A stretch of 64,000 nt of DNA, taken from NCBI GenBank assembly GCA_965263035.1, contig OZ253580.1, forward strand, positions 5,920,001-5,984,000, written 5' to 3'. Each line of letters begins with the position of its first letter. Position 1 is the stretch's first letter. This document shows, piece after piece, positions 46,856 through 56,428 of this stretch. The stretch comes from Acidobacteriota bacterium. Its GTDB lineage: Bacteria > Acidobacteriota > UBA6911 > RPQK01 > JAJDTT01. Position numbers and translations under genes: made by a program. The notes under the pieces were generated by a model. It worked only from the letters and a program-made list of their open reading frames with translations, was not told the origin of the DNA and searched no databases.

Positions 46856-46994
46856 GAACGCCCTTCCGTTGAGTCGATATCAACAATCTACGATGATCAG
46901 CATGCTGGCACCGTTCACATGGTGATTCAACTGACCATAGATGGCCTTTCTGCTGCTCAGTATCCCGGTGTGGGGAGCCTTGCTATGCCATTAG

Positions 46995-47548
46995 CCCCAA
47001 TTTCTCATCACCGACACGAAAATCGGTTTTTTTAACCGCATTTCAGTGGTTTTCTTAGCCATATGAACTCAAGAGCTGTCCTGCCGACTCGAATGCGGTG
47101 ATGAAAACCGAAATCCGGCGATGTCCAGGGGCATTTGACTTCTCGCGGGCACTCGTGAGCGATGGTTCTCCCCCAAGAGCCGGCTCCAGCGCAGAGTCCG
47201 TCCCGCAGACTTCCAACTTGGCTTCTTCCCACCAGCGGGTTCGTGGTAACAGCGAAGCGGATGGGTTTGCACTCGGGCCAGAACCGTCCGCAACCATGCC
47301 GCGTACGGGTAGCTCTCGGAAAACGACAACCAGACCTTGCGCTTGGTGACCCGGACCTGAGCGCTGATCTTCTTGTACTCTGGCTCCGGACCCTCGAGGG
47401 GAGTCAACTCCAGCCGGGTCAGGGTGCTCTTGCCCGCCAGCGGCTTGCCCCGATCCGCCTCCAGGCGCCGGAACTCCCCCGTCAGGTCGTCCCGGTCACA
47501 CAGCACGGCCAGCAGCCGGTCCCGGCACAACTCGTCGTGGTCACACAG
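46995..47548 (-). pseudogene. IS1380-family remnant with an internal deletion
   Basis: DHDEL..D.LLAV...DRGKPLAGKSTL.RLE...YKKI is joined directly to the C-terminal AQVRVTKRKVWLSFSESYPY; possible right end TGAGAAATTGGGG near 46995. Confidence 0.7.
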
Positions 47549-47657
47549 AGAGAAGGTGACTGTCCCCTTCTCACTCTTGCGCACTCTTGCGCGCTTCCGG
47601 CGAAAAATCACACTAACCAATGTCGGGACGATCCAAACCATGAAGGGGGTACACGCC

Positions 47658-48227
47658 ATGAGAAGTCTGACCAGAAAGAATGGAGGATGGCTCAGGAAAA
47701 CCACGGTTACGGGGTTATTGCCATTGCTGTTTCTAGCGAGTTTTCCAGGTTGCACCGCGAAGCATATGCCAGACTGGTCCAAGGTGCAGGCCGTAGTCCC
47801 TGACACTAAGACCGAGGTACAGCTTCACGAAGAAGAGGCCCTGCCGGAGGACAACGAGAATATCGAGGGCCGATTTGATACGGCCACAGCTGATTCCTTG
47901 ACGTTGAAGTTCGAGGATGGGCGAACGGACACTTTCCAGAAACAGTATGTGCGCAAGGTGTCGACTCACCGTCCCATATGGAAGCGCTGGCCGGGATGGA
48001 TCACCCTAGTGGCGGCCTCTGTGGCAATGGGCATCGTGGCCACCTCTGAAGACATCGACGTGGCTCCATATGGGTTACTCTTGCCAGTAGGTCTGCCGAC
48101 GCTCCTTGCCTTTTACGGCTCATCGCCAACGGAAAGAGTTTACGAAGTCGCGCCCAAGCACACAGATCCCATGTGGTCGACAGGTCCGTCGGCAACCGAG
48201 GCTAAGAAGCCGACCAAGTCGAAGTAA
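47658..48227 (+). CDS. Hypothetical lipoprotein-like membrane protein
   Basis: Basic N-terminus, hydrophobic stretch ending FPG-C, two C-terminal hydrophobic segments; AAGGGGG RBS; less GC-biased codons. Confidence 0.65.
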   Translation: MRSLTRKNGGWLRKTTVTGLLPLLFLASFPGCTAKHMPDWSKVQAVVPDTKTEVQLHEEEALPEDNENIEGRFDTATADSLTLKFEDGRTDTFQKQYVRKVSTHRPIWKRWPGWITLVAASVAMGIVATSEDIDVAPYGLLLPVGLPTLLAFYGSSPTERVYEVAPKHTDPMWSTGPSATEAKKPTKSK

Positions 48228-48300
48228 CTGCGAATTGGGATGTCCTTGGGGGTCCGCCTACCTCCGTTAACTGAAATTAACGGCCGCACGGCCGCTCGGC

Positions 48301-48442
48301 CCAGCAGGTGGCCGGGGACATCCGCCGCTACCAGGATCTGGGAGTCGACCACCTGGGAATGGGTCTGTTGACGGATGACCTGTCCGAGAGTCCGGACCGA
48401 ATCGAGGGCTTCATGACCACCGTGGCGCCGCTGGTCCAGTGA
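48301..48442 (+). pseudogene. Orphan 3' end of the LLM oxidoreductase gene (copy of 44951-45089)
   Basis: 19 mismatches in 139 bp by manual count, frame intact (QQVAGDIRRYQDLGVDH...), with its own TGA. Confidence 0.9.
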
Positions 48443-48443
48443 A

Positions 48444-49664
48444 TCAGACCGACGCGACGGATTCCCGCCGGCAGATTCCGGCCAAGCGCCCTATCCCCTC
48501 CCGAATGACCTGGGGCGAATCGTAACCGAAACAGAGCCTGGCGCAATTGTGTCCCGAGTTACCCTCGGGCGACAGGCGTATGCCGGGAAAGATGAGAATG
48601 CCCTCGCGAAGCGCCTGGTCGGCAACCGCCTGCATGTCGACTCCGGGAGCCAACGTCAGCCAGATGAACAGGCCGCCGCGGGGACGGCTCCAGGTAGCTC
48701 CGGAGTCCGACGGCTCTCCGAACCCCTCCTCCAATCCCGCCAGCATGGCGTCCCGCTTGCGGCCAAGGATGCGGCTGGCGGACCGGATGTGCTCCTCCAG
48801 GTGGCTCACAGCGTAACGATGAATCGCCAACGCGGCCAACTGGCTCACTCCGCCTCCACTCTTGATGGCCGAGATCCGGTCCAGGAGCGGTGAGGGTCCG
48901 GCCAGGTAGCCGAGGCGGACTCCCGGGCCGATGATCTTGGAGAAGGAACCGACGTACACTACCACTCCCCCGGTATCGAGGGCGGCGATCGCCGGCACCG
49001 GATCGCCCTCGTAGCGAAGGTCCACGTAGCAATCGTCTTCCAGAACGGCGATCCCGTGCCGTTGGGCCGTTTCCAGCAGGTGTATTCGGCGTTCCAGGCT
49101 CATGACCCATCCCAGGGGATTCTGGAAGGTGGGAATCGTGTAGATGAGCTTGACCCGTTTCCCCTCGCCGGCCACGCTTCGGACCGCCCCTTCCAGGGCA
49201 TCGGGCAAGAACCCTTCCTGGTCGCACTCCACCCCGCGGATATCCGCACCGAATCGTCTCAGGATGCCCAGCGTCCCCGGGTAGGTGAACTCCTCGGTCA
49301 GGACCACCTCGCCCGGATTCACCAGCGCCTCGATGATCATGTAATTGGGCTGGCTGGACCCGTCGCCCAGGATGATGTCTTCGGCTGAAACCGAAAGACT
49401 TCGGTCCCGCGCCAATTTCGCCGCTATGTACTCGCGCAAGGGCGGATATCCCGAGGGATGGGGGTATTTGGCCAATTCCCGTCCTTCCTCTTCCAGACCC
49501 ACGCGAAGGCCCGCTGCCAACTCCGCCAAAGGCAGGGAGTCGGGATCGGGATAGGCCACACCGAAGTCGTAGGTTGCGCCGGGATGGGCCTGCCGCGGCC
49601 CCGGCTGTCGCGGCATGGAACGGGAAAAAACGTCGGCCTGGGCGAACAAGCTTCGTTTCGACAT
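48444..49664 (-). CDS. PLP-dependent aminotransferase class I/II (2-aminoadipate transaminase-like)
   Basis: YTIPTFQNP, EDDCY, GSFSKIIGPGVRLG, GGLFIW; AGGAGG before ATG 49664. Confidence 0.92.
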   Translation of the reverse strand: MSKRSLFAQADVFSRSMPRQPGPRQAHPGATYDFGVAYPDPDSLPLAELAAGLRVGLEEEGRELAKYPHPSGYPPLREYIAAKLARDRSLSVSAEDIILGDGSSQPNYMIIEALVNPGEVVLTEEFTYPGTLGILRRFGADIRGVECDQEGFLPDALEGAVRSVAGEGKRVKLIYTIPTFQNPLGWVMSLERRIHLLETAQRHGIAVLEDDCYVDLRYEGDPVPAIAALDTGGVVVYVGSFSKIIGPGVRLGYLAGPSPLLDRISAIKSGGGVSQLAALAIHRYAVSHLEEHIRSASRILGRKRDAMLAGLEEGFGEPSDSGATWSRPRGGLFIWLTLAPGVDMQAVADQALREGILIFPGIRLSPEGNSGHNCARLCFGYDSPQVIREGIGRLAGICRRESVASV

Positions 49665-49754
49665 GGTTGGATCCTCCTGGCGGCCGAGCCGAGGCCGCTT
49701 GCGGCGTCCGCTCCCCTCTGCCATTCTGCCAGACCATCGACGATTGCCGATGAA

Positions 49755-51773
49755 ATGTCCAGCAGCAGGTTGACAGTCCTCCCTTCCCTCCTGGCCTTGG
49801 GGACCCTCTGCTGCCAACCTTATCCTGGACCCGAAGCGTCCGATTCTTCGCCCTACCTGATCTACGAAGAGACCCCGCAAGGGGCCGAGATCGTCCTGGA
49901 TCCCGAGCGCCGGCCCCGCCGATTCCAGGAGGCCCCGGTGCTGGCCCGCCTGGTGGCTCAGGGCGAGCTTCCACCGGTGGAGGAGCGCCTCCCGGAGAAT
50001 CCGCTGGTCCTCCATCCCATCCACTCCATCGGCCGGTACGGAGGGACCCTGCGATCCGGCATGATCGCCAAGGGCCTCAACGAGGAGATGAACCGGATCA
50101 TGGGAATGGAGAAATTCCTCTTCTACGACGCGTCCGGGACTCGGATCGTTCCCAGCGTGGCGGAAGACTGGAACCAGAGCGAGGACGGCCGTTGGATCCG
50201 AATTCACCTGCGGCGGGGCATGCGATGGTCCGACGGCCATCCCTTCACCTCGGAGGACGTCCGTTTCTACTGGGAAGACCTGCACGCCCACCCCGACGTG
50301 TTTCCCTTTCCCGATCCGGACCTGGTGGTCAACGGCAAAGGGATGCGGTTCCAGGTCTTGGACCGCCACACGGTGCGCTTCGGGTTTGACGATCCCTATC
50401 CCCGGCTCCTGGAAGTCATGGCCTCCGCGTTCAGCCGGTTCGGGGGTGGCGTCTTCGGAGAGTTCCTCTGGGGACCCTACGCACCGGCACACCATCTCAA
50501 ACAATTCCATCCCCGCTACGTTTCTCGCCAGGACCTGGACCGTAAGGTGCGGGAATCGCAGCAGGAAGACTGGGTCGGACTGATGAAGCTCCGGAACAAC
50601 TATGCCTTGAACACGGAACTGCCGGTCCTGATGCCCTGGATGACGGTCCAGGCGCGGGACACGTCGGCGTGGGTCCTGGAGCGGAATCCCTATTTCTGGG
50701 AGGTGGACACCGAGGGCAATCAGCTTCCCTACATCGATCGCTGGGTTCTGACCAAGGCCACGGACCGGGAGGTCATCAACCTGCGGGCCATCGCCGGCGA
50801 ATACGATTTCTTGTACCGATATCTGGATCTTCAGAACCTGCCCGTCTTTTTGCAGCATGCCGAAGAGGAGAACTACAACGTCTATCTCAACCCGTCCCCG
50901 TCGGGGATGCTCTTCGGCTGCTACTTCAATCTGGGGTGGGAGGGAGATCCCGAGATCTCCAGATTGATTCAGGATGCAAACTTCCGCCGTGCCCTTTCCC
51001 TGGGTCTCCGCCGCTCCCAATTCAGTGACGCTTTTTACTTCTCCTTGGCCACCCCCAGCGCCCCCGGACCCAGCCCGGCACATCCCGAGCACCCGGGTGA
51101 GCGCTACCGGACTCTCTGGTCCACCTACGATCCGGACCGGGCCAATGTCATGCTGGACGACCTGGGACTGGAACGGCGGGACGAGGAGGGCTACCGGATG
51201 CGAAGCGACGGGCGCGGGCGGCTCCGAATCGAGATTCCGGCGCCCTCCGATCGCATGGAGGTCCTCAAATTCCAGATGTTGGAACAACAGCTCGAAGACC
51301 TGGGAATCGCCGTGGACGTTCCCATCCTGGGACGAACCCTCTGGTGGGAGGAGATGCGGGCCAACCGCGCGCAAATCACCTGCTGGACCCACCCGACCCA
51401 ATCCATCTGGGGCAGCCAGGCCCTGTATGTCCTTCCCGTCAGCCGGATGTCTCCCATCGGTCCTCTCTTCGGCCTCTGGTTCTCCAGCAACGGAAGACTG
51501 GGGGAAAAACCCACCGACCCGCAGATTCTCCGGGCCCAGGAGCTCTATCGCCTCGGCCGAACCCGGACCGCTCGGGAAAGGACCCGGATCGGGCGGGAGA
51601 TCTGGGGGATCGCCATCCGTGAGCAGTGGATGATGAGCACCGTGGGACGGGCGCCCAGTTCGGTGCGCATCTCCGACCGGCGGTTGGGCAACGTCCCAGC
51701 CGGGCTCTGTACCCAAGACGATTGCCGCACTCCTTCCACGGGCCGCCTGGAGACCCTGTATTGGAAGCAGTAA
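49755..51773 (+). CDS. ABC transporter substrate-binding protein, family 5
   Basis: LPPVEERLP, GRYGG, WSDGHPFT, RNPYFW.VD.EGNQLPYID; lipoprotein-like leader. Confidence 0.92.
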   Translation: MSSSRLTVLPSLLALGTLCCQPYPGPEASDSSPYLIYEETPQGAEIVLDPERRPRRFQEAPVLARLVAQGELPPVEERLPENPLVLHPIHSIGRYGGTLRSGMIAKGLNEEMNRIMGMEKFLFYDASGTRIVPSVAEDWNQSEDGRWIRIHLRRGMRWSDGHPFTSEDVRFYWEDLHAHPDVFPFPDPDLVVNGKGMRFQVLDRHTVRFGFDDPYPRLLEVMASAFSRFGGGVFGEFLWGPYAPAHHLKQFHPRYVSRQDLDRKVRESQQEDWVGLMKLRNNYALNTELPVLMPWMTVQARDTSAWVLERNPYFWEVDTEGNQLPYIDRWVLTKATDREVINLRAIAGEYDFLYRYLDLQNLPVFLQHAEEENYNVYLNPSPSGMLFGCYFNLGWEGDPEISRLIQDANFRRALSLGLRRSQFSDAFYFSLATPSAPGPSPAHPEHPGERYRTLWSTYDPDRANVMLDDLGLERRDEEGYRMRSDGRGRLRIEIPAPSDRMEVLKFQMLEQQLEDLGIAVDVPILGRTLWWEEMRANRAQITCWTHPTQSIWGSQALYVLPVSRMSPIGPLFGLWFSSNGRLGEKPTDPQILRAQELYRLGRTRTARERTRIGREIWGIAIREQWMMSTVGRAPSSVRISDRRLGNVPAGLCTQDDCRTPSTGRLETLYWKQ

Positions 51774-51867
51774 TATTGCTCCGGGGAGCCGCCAATGCCT
51801 CCCACACGGATCCTCTGCAAACCACCGTCCGGCGCTTGGATCGCGGGCTCGCACGAGAAGACCGATC

Positions 51868-52860
51868 ATGGCTGCCTATCTGCGCCGCCGCCTGCTCCAG
51901 GCGGCACTGACGATCTGGGCCGTCAGCATTCTTTCGTTCGTTCTCATCGAGTTGCCGCCGGGGGATTTCGTCACCGCCTACGTGGACCGGCGCGCCTCCC
52001 AGGGAATTCCCCTGCCGCCTGAGGAAATCCAGGTCCTGAGAGTCCGCTACGGCCTGGACCAACCCGCGGCCCAGCGCTATCTGATCTGGATGGGACGGCT
52101 GCTCCGAGGCGATCTCGGCGTCTCCTGGATCCGGGGGCAGCCCGTTTCGGAGATCATCTCCGATCGCCTCTGGCTGACCATGACCGTGTCTCTGGCCGCC
52201 ATCCTGTTCACCTGGGCGGTGGCTCTGCCCCTGGGAGTCTATTCGGCCATCCGCCAATATTCCGCGGGAGACTACCTGTTCACTCTGCTCTGCTTCGCCG
52301 GCGTCGGCGTGCCCAACTTCCTGCTCGGTCTTCTGGTCATGTACCTGGGATTCGTCTGGTTCGACGCGGATGTGGGAGGGCTGCTCTCGACTCAGTACGC
52401 GGACGCCCCCTGGAACCTCGCCAAGCTCTGGGACCTGGTCAAGCATCTGCCGCTGCCGGCCCTGGTGCTGGGGGTGGGGGGAACGGCTCACATGATCCGG
52501 ATCCTCCGGGCCAATCTGCTGGATGAACTGTCCAAGCCCTACGTTCTCACCGCCCGGGCCAAGGGGCTCTCGGAGGTCCGGCTCCTCCTCAAATACCCCC
52601 TGCGCGTGGCCCTGAACCCGTTCGTCAGCACGGCCGGATACCTGCTTCCCTACCTGGTGTCGGGCAGCGTCATCGTCTCCATGGTCATGAGCCTTCCCAC
52701 CGTGGCGCCGGTGTTGTTGTCGGCCCTCATGGACCAGGATCTCTATCTGGCCGGGACCCTGGTGCTCCTCCTGGGCGTGCTCACCGTGGCGGGAACGCTG
52801 GTTTCGGATCTGCTCCTGCTCTGGATCGATCCCAGAATCCGGTTCCGGGGACAGTCATGA
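51868..52860 (+). CDS. ABC transporter permease (OppB/DppB-like)
   Basis: PPGD, GDLG, TARAKGL, DPRIR. Confidence 0.93.
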   Translation: MAAYLRRRLLQAALTIWAVSILSFVLIELPPGDFVTAYVDRRASQGIPLPPEEIQVLRVRYGLDQPAAQRYLIWMGRLLRGDLGVSWIRGQPVSEIISDRLWLTMTVSLAAILFTWAVALPLGVYSAIRQYSAGDYLFTLLCFAGVGVPNFLLGLLVMYLGFVWFDADVGGLLSTQYADAPWNLAKLWDLVKHLPLPALVLGVGGTAHMIRILRANLLDELSKPYVLTARAKGLSEVRLLLKYPLRVALNPFVSTAGYLLPYLVSGSVIVSMVMSLPTVAPVLLSALMDQDLYLAGTLVLLLGVLTVAGTLVSDLLLLWIDPRIRFRGQS

Positions 52861-54008
52861 ATTCGGAGGTCACGGGGACGGTCACGGGGACAGTCACGAA
52901 TCCGGAGCCGGACGAGCTTGGGTTCCAGCTCGAAACGGCGTCCTCCTGGCAACTGACCTGGAGACGATTCCGCCGGCACAAGCTGGCCGTCGTCTCCCTG
53001 ATCCTCCTGGGATTCCTGTACCTGGTGGTCCTGCTGGCCGATTTCGTGGCCACTGCCGACCCCAACCGAATCGATGCCAGCCGGGCCTACCTGCCCCCCC
53101 AACCCATCCACCTGAAGGACGACAGCGGATTCAACCCCCATGTGCACCCGGTGTCCGGGGAGTGGGACCACAACATTTTCCGAAAGGTCCATCGCACCGA
53201 TCCGGATCGGAGGCTCCCGGTCCGCCTGCTGGCCCGAGGCTACGAATACGACTTTCTGGGTCTGGTTCCGACCGATCTTCACCTCGTCGGCGTGGCAGGT
53301 GGAACCCGGGCCCTGGCGTTGCTGGGGACGGACGGGCTGGGGCGCGACCTCTTCTCCCGCCTGGTCCACGGCACCCGGACCTCATTGACCATCGGTCTGG
53401 TTGGAGTCGCCCTGAGCTTGGTCCTCGGGGTCGTGCTGGGGGGAATCTCCGGGTTCTACGGAGGCGCGGTCGACACCGTGATCCAGCGAATCATCGAGAT
53501 CCTTCTCTCCATCCCCACCATTCCCCTGTGGCTGGGTCTGGCCGCCGCCATGCCCCGGGATTGGGGAGTGCTCCGCGTCTATTTCATCCTCACCGTCATC
53601 CTGTCGCTCATCGGATGGACCCGCCTGGGCCGGGAGGTCCGCGGCCTTTTCCTGGTGCTCCGGCAGGAAGACTACGTCCTGGCCGCCGAATTGATGGGCG
53701 CCAGCCGGGCCTCCATCATCCGGCGCCACCTGGTGCCCGCCATCAGCAGTCACGTCATCGCCACCGCAACCCTGGCGCTCCCGGCGATGATCATCGCCGA
53801 GACCTCCCTCAGCTTTCTGGGACTGGGCCTTCGTCCGCCGGCCATCAGCTGGGGAATCCTGCTGCAGGGAGCCCAGCAGGTACAGGTCCTGGCGCTGAGA
53901 CCCTGGTTGCTGGCTCCCGCGGCTCCGGTCATCGTGGCCATCCTGGCCTTCAATTTCGTGGGAGACGGCCTTCGTGACGCCGCGGACCCCTACGCCCGGA
54001 GAACCTGA
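52857..54008 (+). CDS. ABC transporter permease (OppC/DppC-like)
   Basis: LGTDGLGRD, ETSLSFLGLG, SWG, GDGLRDAADP. Confidence 0.93.
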   Translation: MNSEVTGTVTGTVTNPEPDELGFQLETASSWQLTWRRFRRHKLAVVSLILLGFLYLVVLLADFVATADPNRIDASRAYLPPQPIHLKDDSGFNPHVHPVSGEWDHNIFRKVHRTDPDRRLPVRLLARGYEYDFLGLVPTDLHLVGVAGGTRALALLGTDGLGRDLFSRLVHGTRTSLTIGLVGVALSLVLGVVLGGISGFYGGAVDTVIQRIIEILLSIPTIPLWLGLAAAMPRDWGVLRVYFILTVILSLIGWTRLGREVRGLFLVLRQEDYVLAAELMGASRASIIRRHLVPAISSHVIATATLALPAMIIAETSLSFLGLGLRPPAISWGILLQGAQQVQVLALRPWLLAPAAPVIVAILAFNFVGDGLRDAADPYARRT

Positions 54009-54012
54009 TCTC

Positions 54013-55134
54013 ATGGCTGAGAACTGGATCCTCTCGGTCAGGGACCTGAAGACTCATTTCTTCACTCGGGAGGGGGTCGTCCGGGCGGTGGACGGTGTCG
54101 GCTTCGACCTCGCTCCCGGACAGGTGCTGGGCATCGTCGGGGAAAGCGGCTGCGGCAAGAGCGTCACCGCCCTGTCCATCCTGGGCATCGTGGATCATCC
54201 GGGACGCATCATCGACGGTCGAATCCTGCTCCGCCCGGCGCAGGGAGGTCCTCCCGTGGATCTGGCTCGTCTGGACCCCAAAGGACGCCGGATCCGATCG
54301 ATCCGAGGCGGAGAGATCGCCCTCATCTTCCAGGAACCGATGACCTCGTTGAGTCCGGTGCACACCATCGGCCAGCAGGTCTCGGAGACCATTCGGCTGC
54401 ATGGCCGCAGGGGCCGGCGACAGTCCCGGGAACAGGCGGTAGAGGTTCTGCGCTCCGTGGGCATCCCCGATCCCGAGCGGGGGGCGAAGCTCTACCCGTT
54501 CCAACTCAGTGGCGGGCTTCGCCAGCGCGCCCTCATCGCCCAGGCCCTGGCCGGCGAACCCCGGGTCCTCATCGCCGACGAACCGACGACAGCCCTGGAC
54601 GTGACCACTCAGGCCCAGATTCTGGATCTGCTCCGGGATCTCCAGAAGCGGAGAGGGATGGCCGTCATTCTCATTACCCACGACCTGGGTGTCATTGCCG
54701 AGATGGCAGACCAGGTCCTGGTGATGTACCTGGGGAAGGGCGTGGAGAGAGCGCCGGTCGATCGCATCTTTCATTCGCCCGAGCATCCCTACACCCGTGC
54801 CCTCCTGAGCTCCATGCCCGGTCTGGGAGCCGCCGCGAAGCAGGCGCTTCCCAGCATCTCCGGTTCCGTGCCGCCCGCCTTCCGGCGGCCCGCCGGGTGC
54901 TCATTTCATCCCCGTTGCCTGGAGTTCCTGGATGGGACCTGCAACCGAGCGGAACCGGAACCGGTCAGGGTGCAACCGGGTCACGAGGTGCTCTGCCTGC
55001 GCCGGGAGCCGGAAGAGCCCGGTCACCCATCTTCGCTGGAGAAACTGTCCGAAAACGGACAGTTTGTATCGAAACCGGACACTTTGTCCCGAAATCGGAC
55101 ACCTCACTCCCGAACAGAGAAGAGAAAAGATTGA
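54013..55134 (+). CDS. ABC transporter ATP-binding protein (OppD-like)
   Basis: GESGCGKS, LSGGLRQR, DEPTTALD, HPYT. Confidence 0.94.
   Translation: MAENWILSVRDLKTHFFTREGVVRAVDGVGFDLAPGQVLGIVGESGCGKSVTALSILGIVDHPGRIIDGRILLRPAQGGPPVDLARLDPKGRRIRSIRGGEIALIFQEPMTSLSPVHTIGQQVSETIRLHGRRGRRQSREQAVEVLRSVGIPDPERGAKLYPFQLSGGLRQRALIAQALAGEPRVLIADEPTTALDVTTQAQILDLLRDLQKRRGMAVILITHDLGVIAEMADQVLVMYLGKGVERAPVDRIFHSPEHPYTRALLSSMPGLGAAAKQALPSISGSVPPAFRRPAGCSFHPRCLEFLDGTCNRAEPEPVRVQPGHEVLCLRREPEEPGHPSSLEKLSENGQFVSKPDTLSRNRTPHSRTEKRKD
55042..55104. repeat. Three tandem 20-bp palindromic units
   Basis: TGTCCGAAAACGGACA / TGTATCGAAACCGGACA / TGTCCCGAAATCGGACA; 55042-55065 has perfect 10-bp arms. Confidence 0.7.
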
Positions 55135-56159
55135 ATCCTGAGATTTTTCTGGACGTCAGGAACCTGACGAAGCACTTCCCGGTCCGTTCCGGTCCCTTCC
55201 AGCGGCCGAGCGGCAAGGTCCAAGCCGTCACCGATGTCAGTTTTCACCTGAGCCAGGGAGAGTCCCTGTCACTCGTGGGAGAGAGCGGTTGCGGAAAGAC
55301 CACGCTGGCCCGGACTCTTCTCCGGGGCTACGAGGCGACGGCCGGATCGGCCTGGTTCCGCACCGAAGAGAATGAGGTTGTCGACTTGCTGACCCTGCCC
55401 CGCCGACGGCTCAAGCCCTTGCGCCGGCAGCTGCAGATGGTCTTCCAGGATCCCTACTCCTCCCTGAATCCCAGGATGACGGTCCAGCGGATCATCGACG
55501 AGCCCTTGCGAATTCACGGCGAGGAACTGGGAATCACCACCCGCGACGACCGGCGGGATCGCGTCCGCCAACTGCTGTTGCAGGTGGGGCTCCGGCCCGA
55601 AGCGGCCCGGCGCTATCCCCACGCCTTCAGTGGCGGGGAAAGACAGCGAATCGGCATCGCCCGTACTCTGGCCACACGGCCCCGGCTGGTGGTGGCTGAC
55701 GAGCCGGTCTCCGCCCTCGACGTCTCCGTGCAGGCCCAGATCCTCAACCTGATGTTGGAACTGCAAGGTCGGTACCGGATCGGTTACCTGTTCCTCACTC
55801 ACAACCTGATGGTGGTCCGTCACGTCAGCGACCGGGTTGCCGTCATGTACCTGGGACGGATCATGGAGACGGCCCCCACCGAAGCCCTCTTTACGAGTCC
55901 CGCACACCCCTACACGGCGGCTCTTCTCGACGCCATACCCCGGCCCGATCCCCGGGTCCGGAACCGGTCCAGGATCCGGCTGAGCAGCGAGGTTCCCAGT
56001 CCGCTGAATCCACCGATCGGATGCCCGTTCCACCCCCGTTGCGCCCACGCTCAGGATCTATGCCGCAACGAACTGCCGGCCCTGGAGGACGTCGCGTCCG
56101 GGCACCGTGTCCGCTGCCACCTTTGGCAAGAGCTGGATCTGAAAGGAGCGCGCTTCTAG
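55131..56159 (+). CDS. ABC transporter ATP-binding protein (OppF-like)
   Basis: TTG start overlaps the upstream stop; GESGCGKT, FSGGERQR, DEPVSALDVS. Confidence 0.93.
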   Translation: MNPEIFLDVRNLTKHFPVRSGPFQRPSGKVQAVTDVSFHLSQGESLSLVGESGCGKTTLARTLLRGYEATAGSAWFRTEENEVVDLLTLPRRRLKPLRRQLQMVFQDPYSSLNPRMTVQRIIDEPLRIHGEELGITTRDDRRDRVRQLLLQVGLRPEAARRYPHAFSGGERQRIGIARTLATRPRLVVADEPVSALDVSVQAQILNLMLELQGRYRIGYLFLTHNLMVVRHVSDRVAVMYLGRIMETAPTEALFTSPAHPYTAALLDAIPRPDPRVRNRSRIRLSSEVPSPLNPPIGCPFHPRCAHAQDLCRNELPALEDVASGHRVRCHLWQELDLKGARF

Positions 56160-56319
56160 CCGCCGGACGGGCCTATTTAAACAGACAAGCGGCGGTTTCC
56201 AGCCGCCGAACTCCAGTGTCGCCATGCTCAACGAGGGAACGGGCGACTGGAAGTCGCCCCTCCGAGCCACTCTTTCGAGGGAACGGGCGACTGGAAATCG
56301 CCCCTCCGAGCCACTCTTT
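56145..56319. repeat. GGAG-type REP-like cluster with a 44-bp tandem duplication
   Basis: 56232-56275 and 56276-56319 differ at one base, each with a GGGCGACTGGAA(G/A)TCGCCC-CTCC hairpin; related CGGCGGTTTCCAGCCGCCG at ~56190. Confidence 0.7.
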
Positions 56320-56351
56320 AGTTTGGGATTTGAGATTATCGCGCAACGGAA

Positions 56352-56428
<77 letters not shown>

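Noticed and set aside
47373-47657. N-terminal extension of the 284-aa ORF
   Set aside because: It overlaps the antisense IS1380 remnant; the RBS and leader support a start at 47658.
48444-51869. 1141-aa minus-strand ORF as a giant fusion protein
   Set aside because: Only the part from ATG 49664 (with AGGAGG) is an aminotransferase; the rest is the antisense shadow of the ABC substrate-binding gene.
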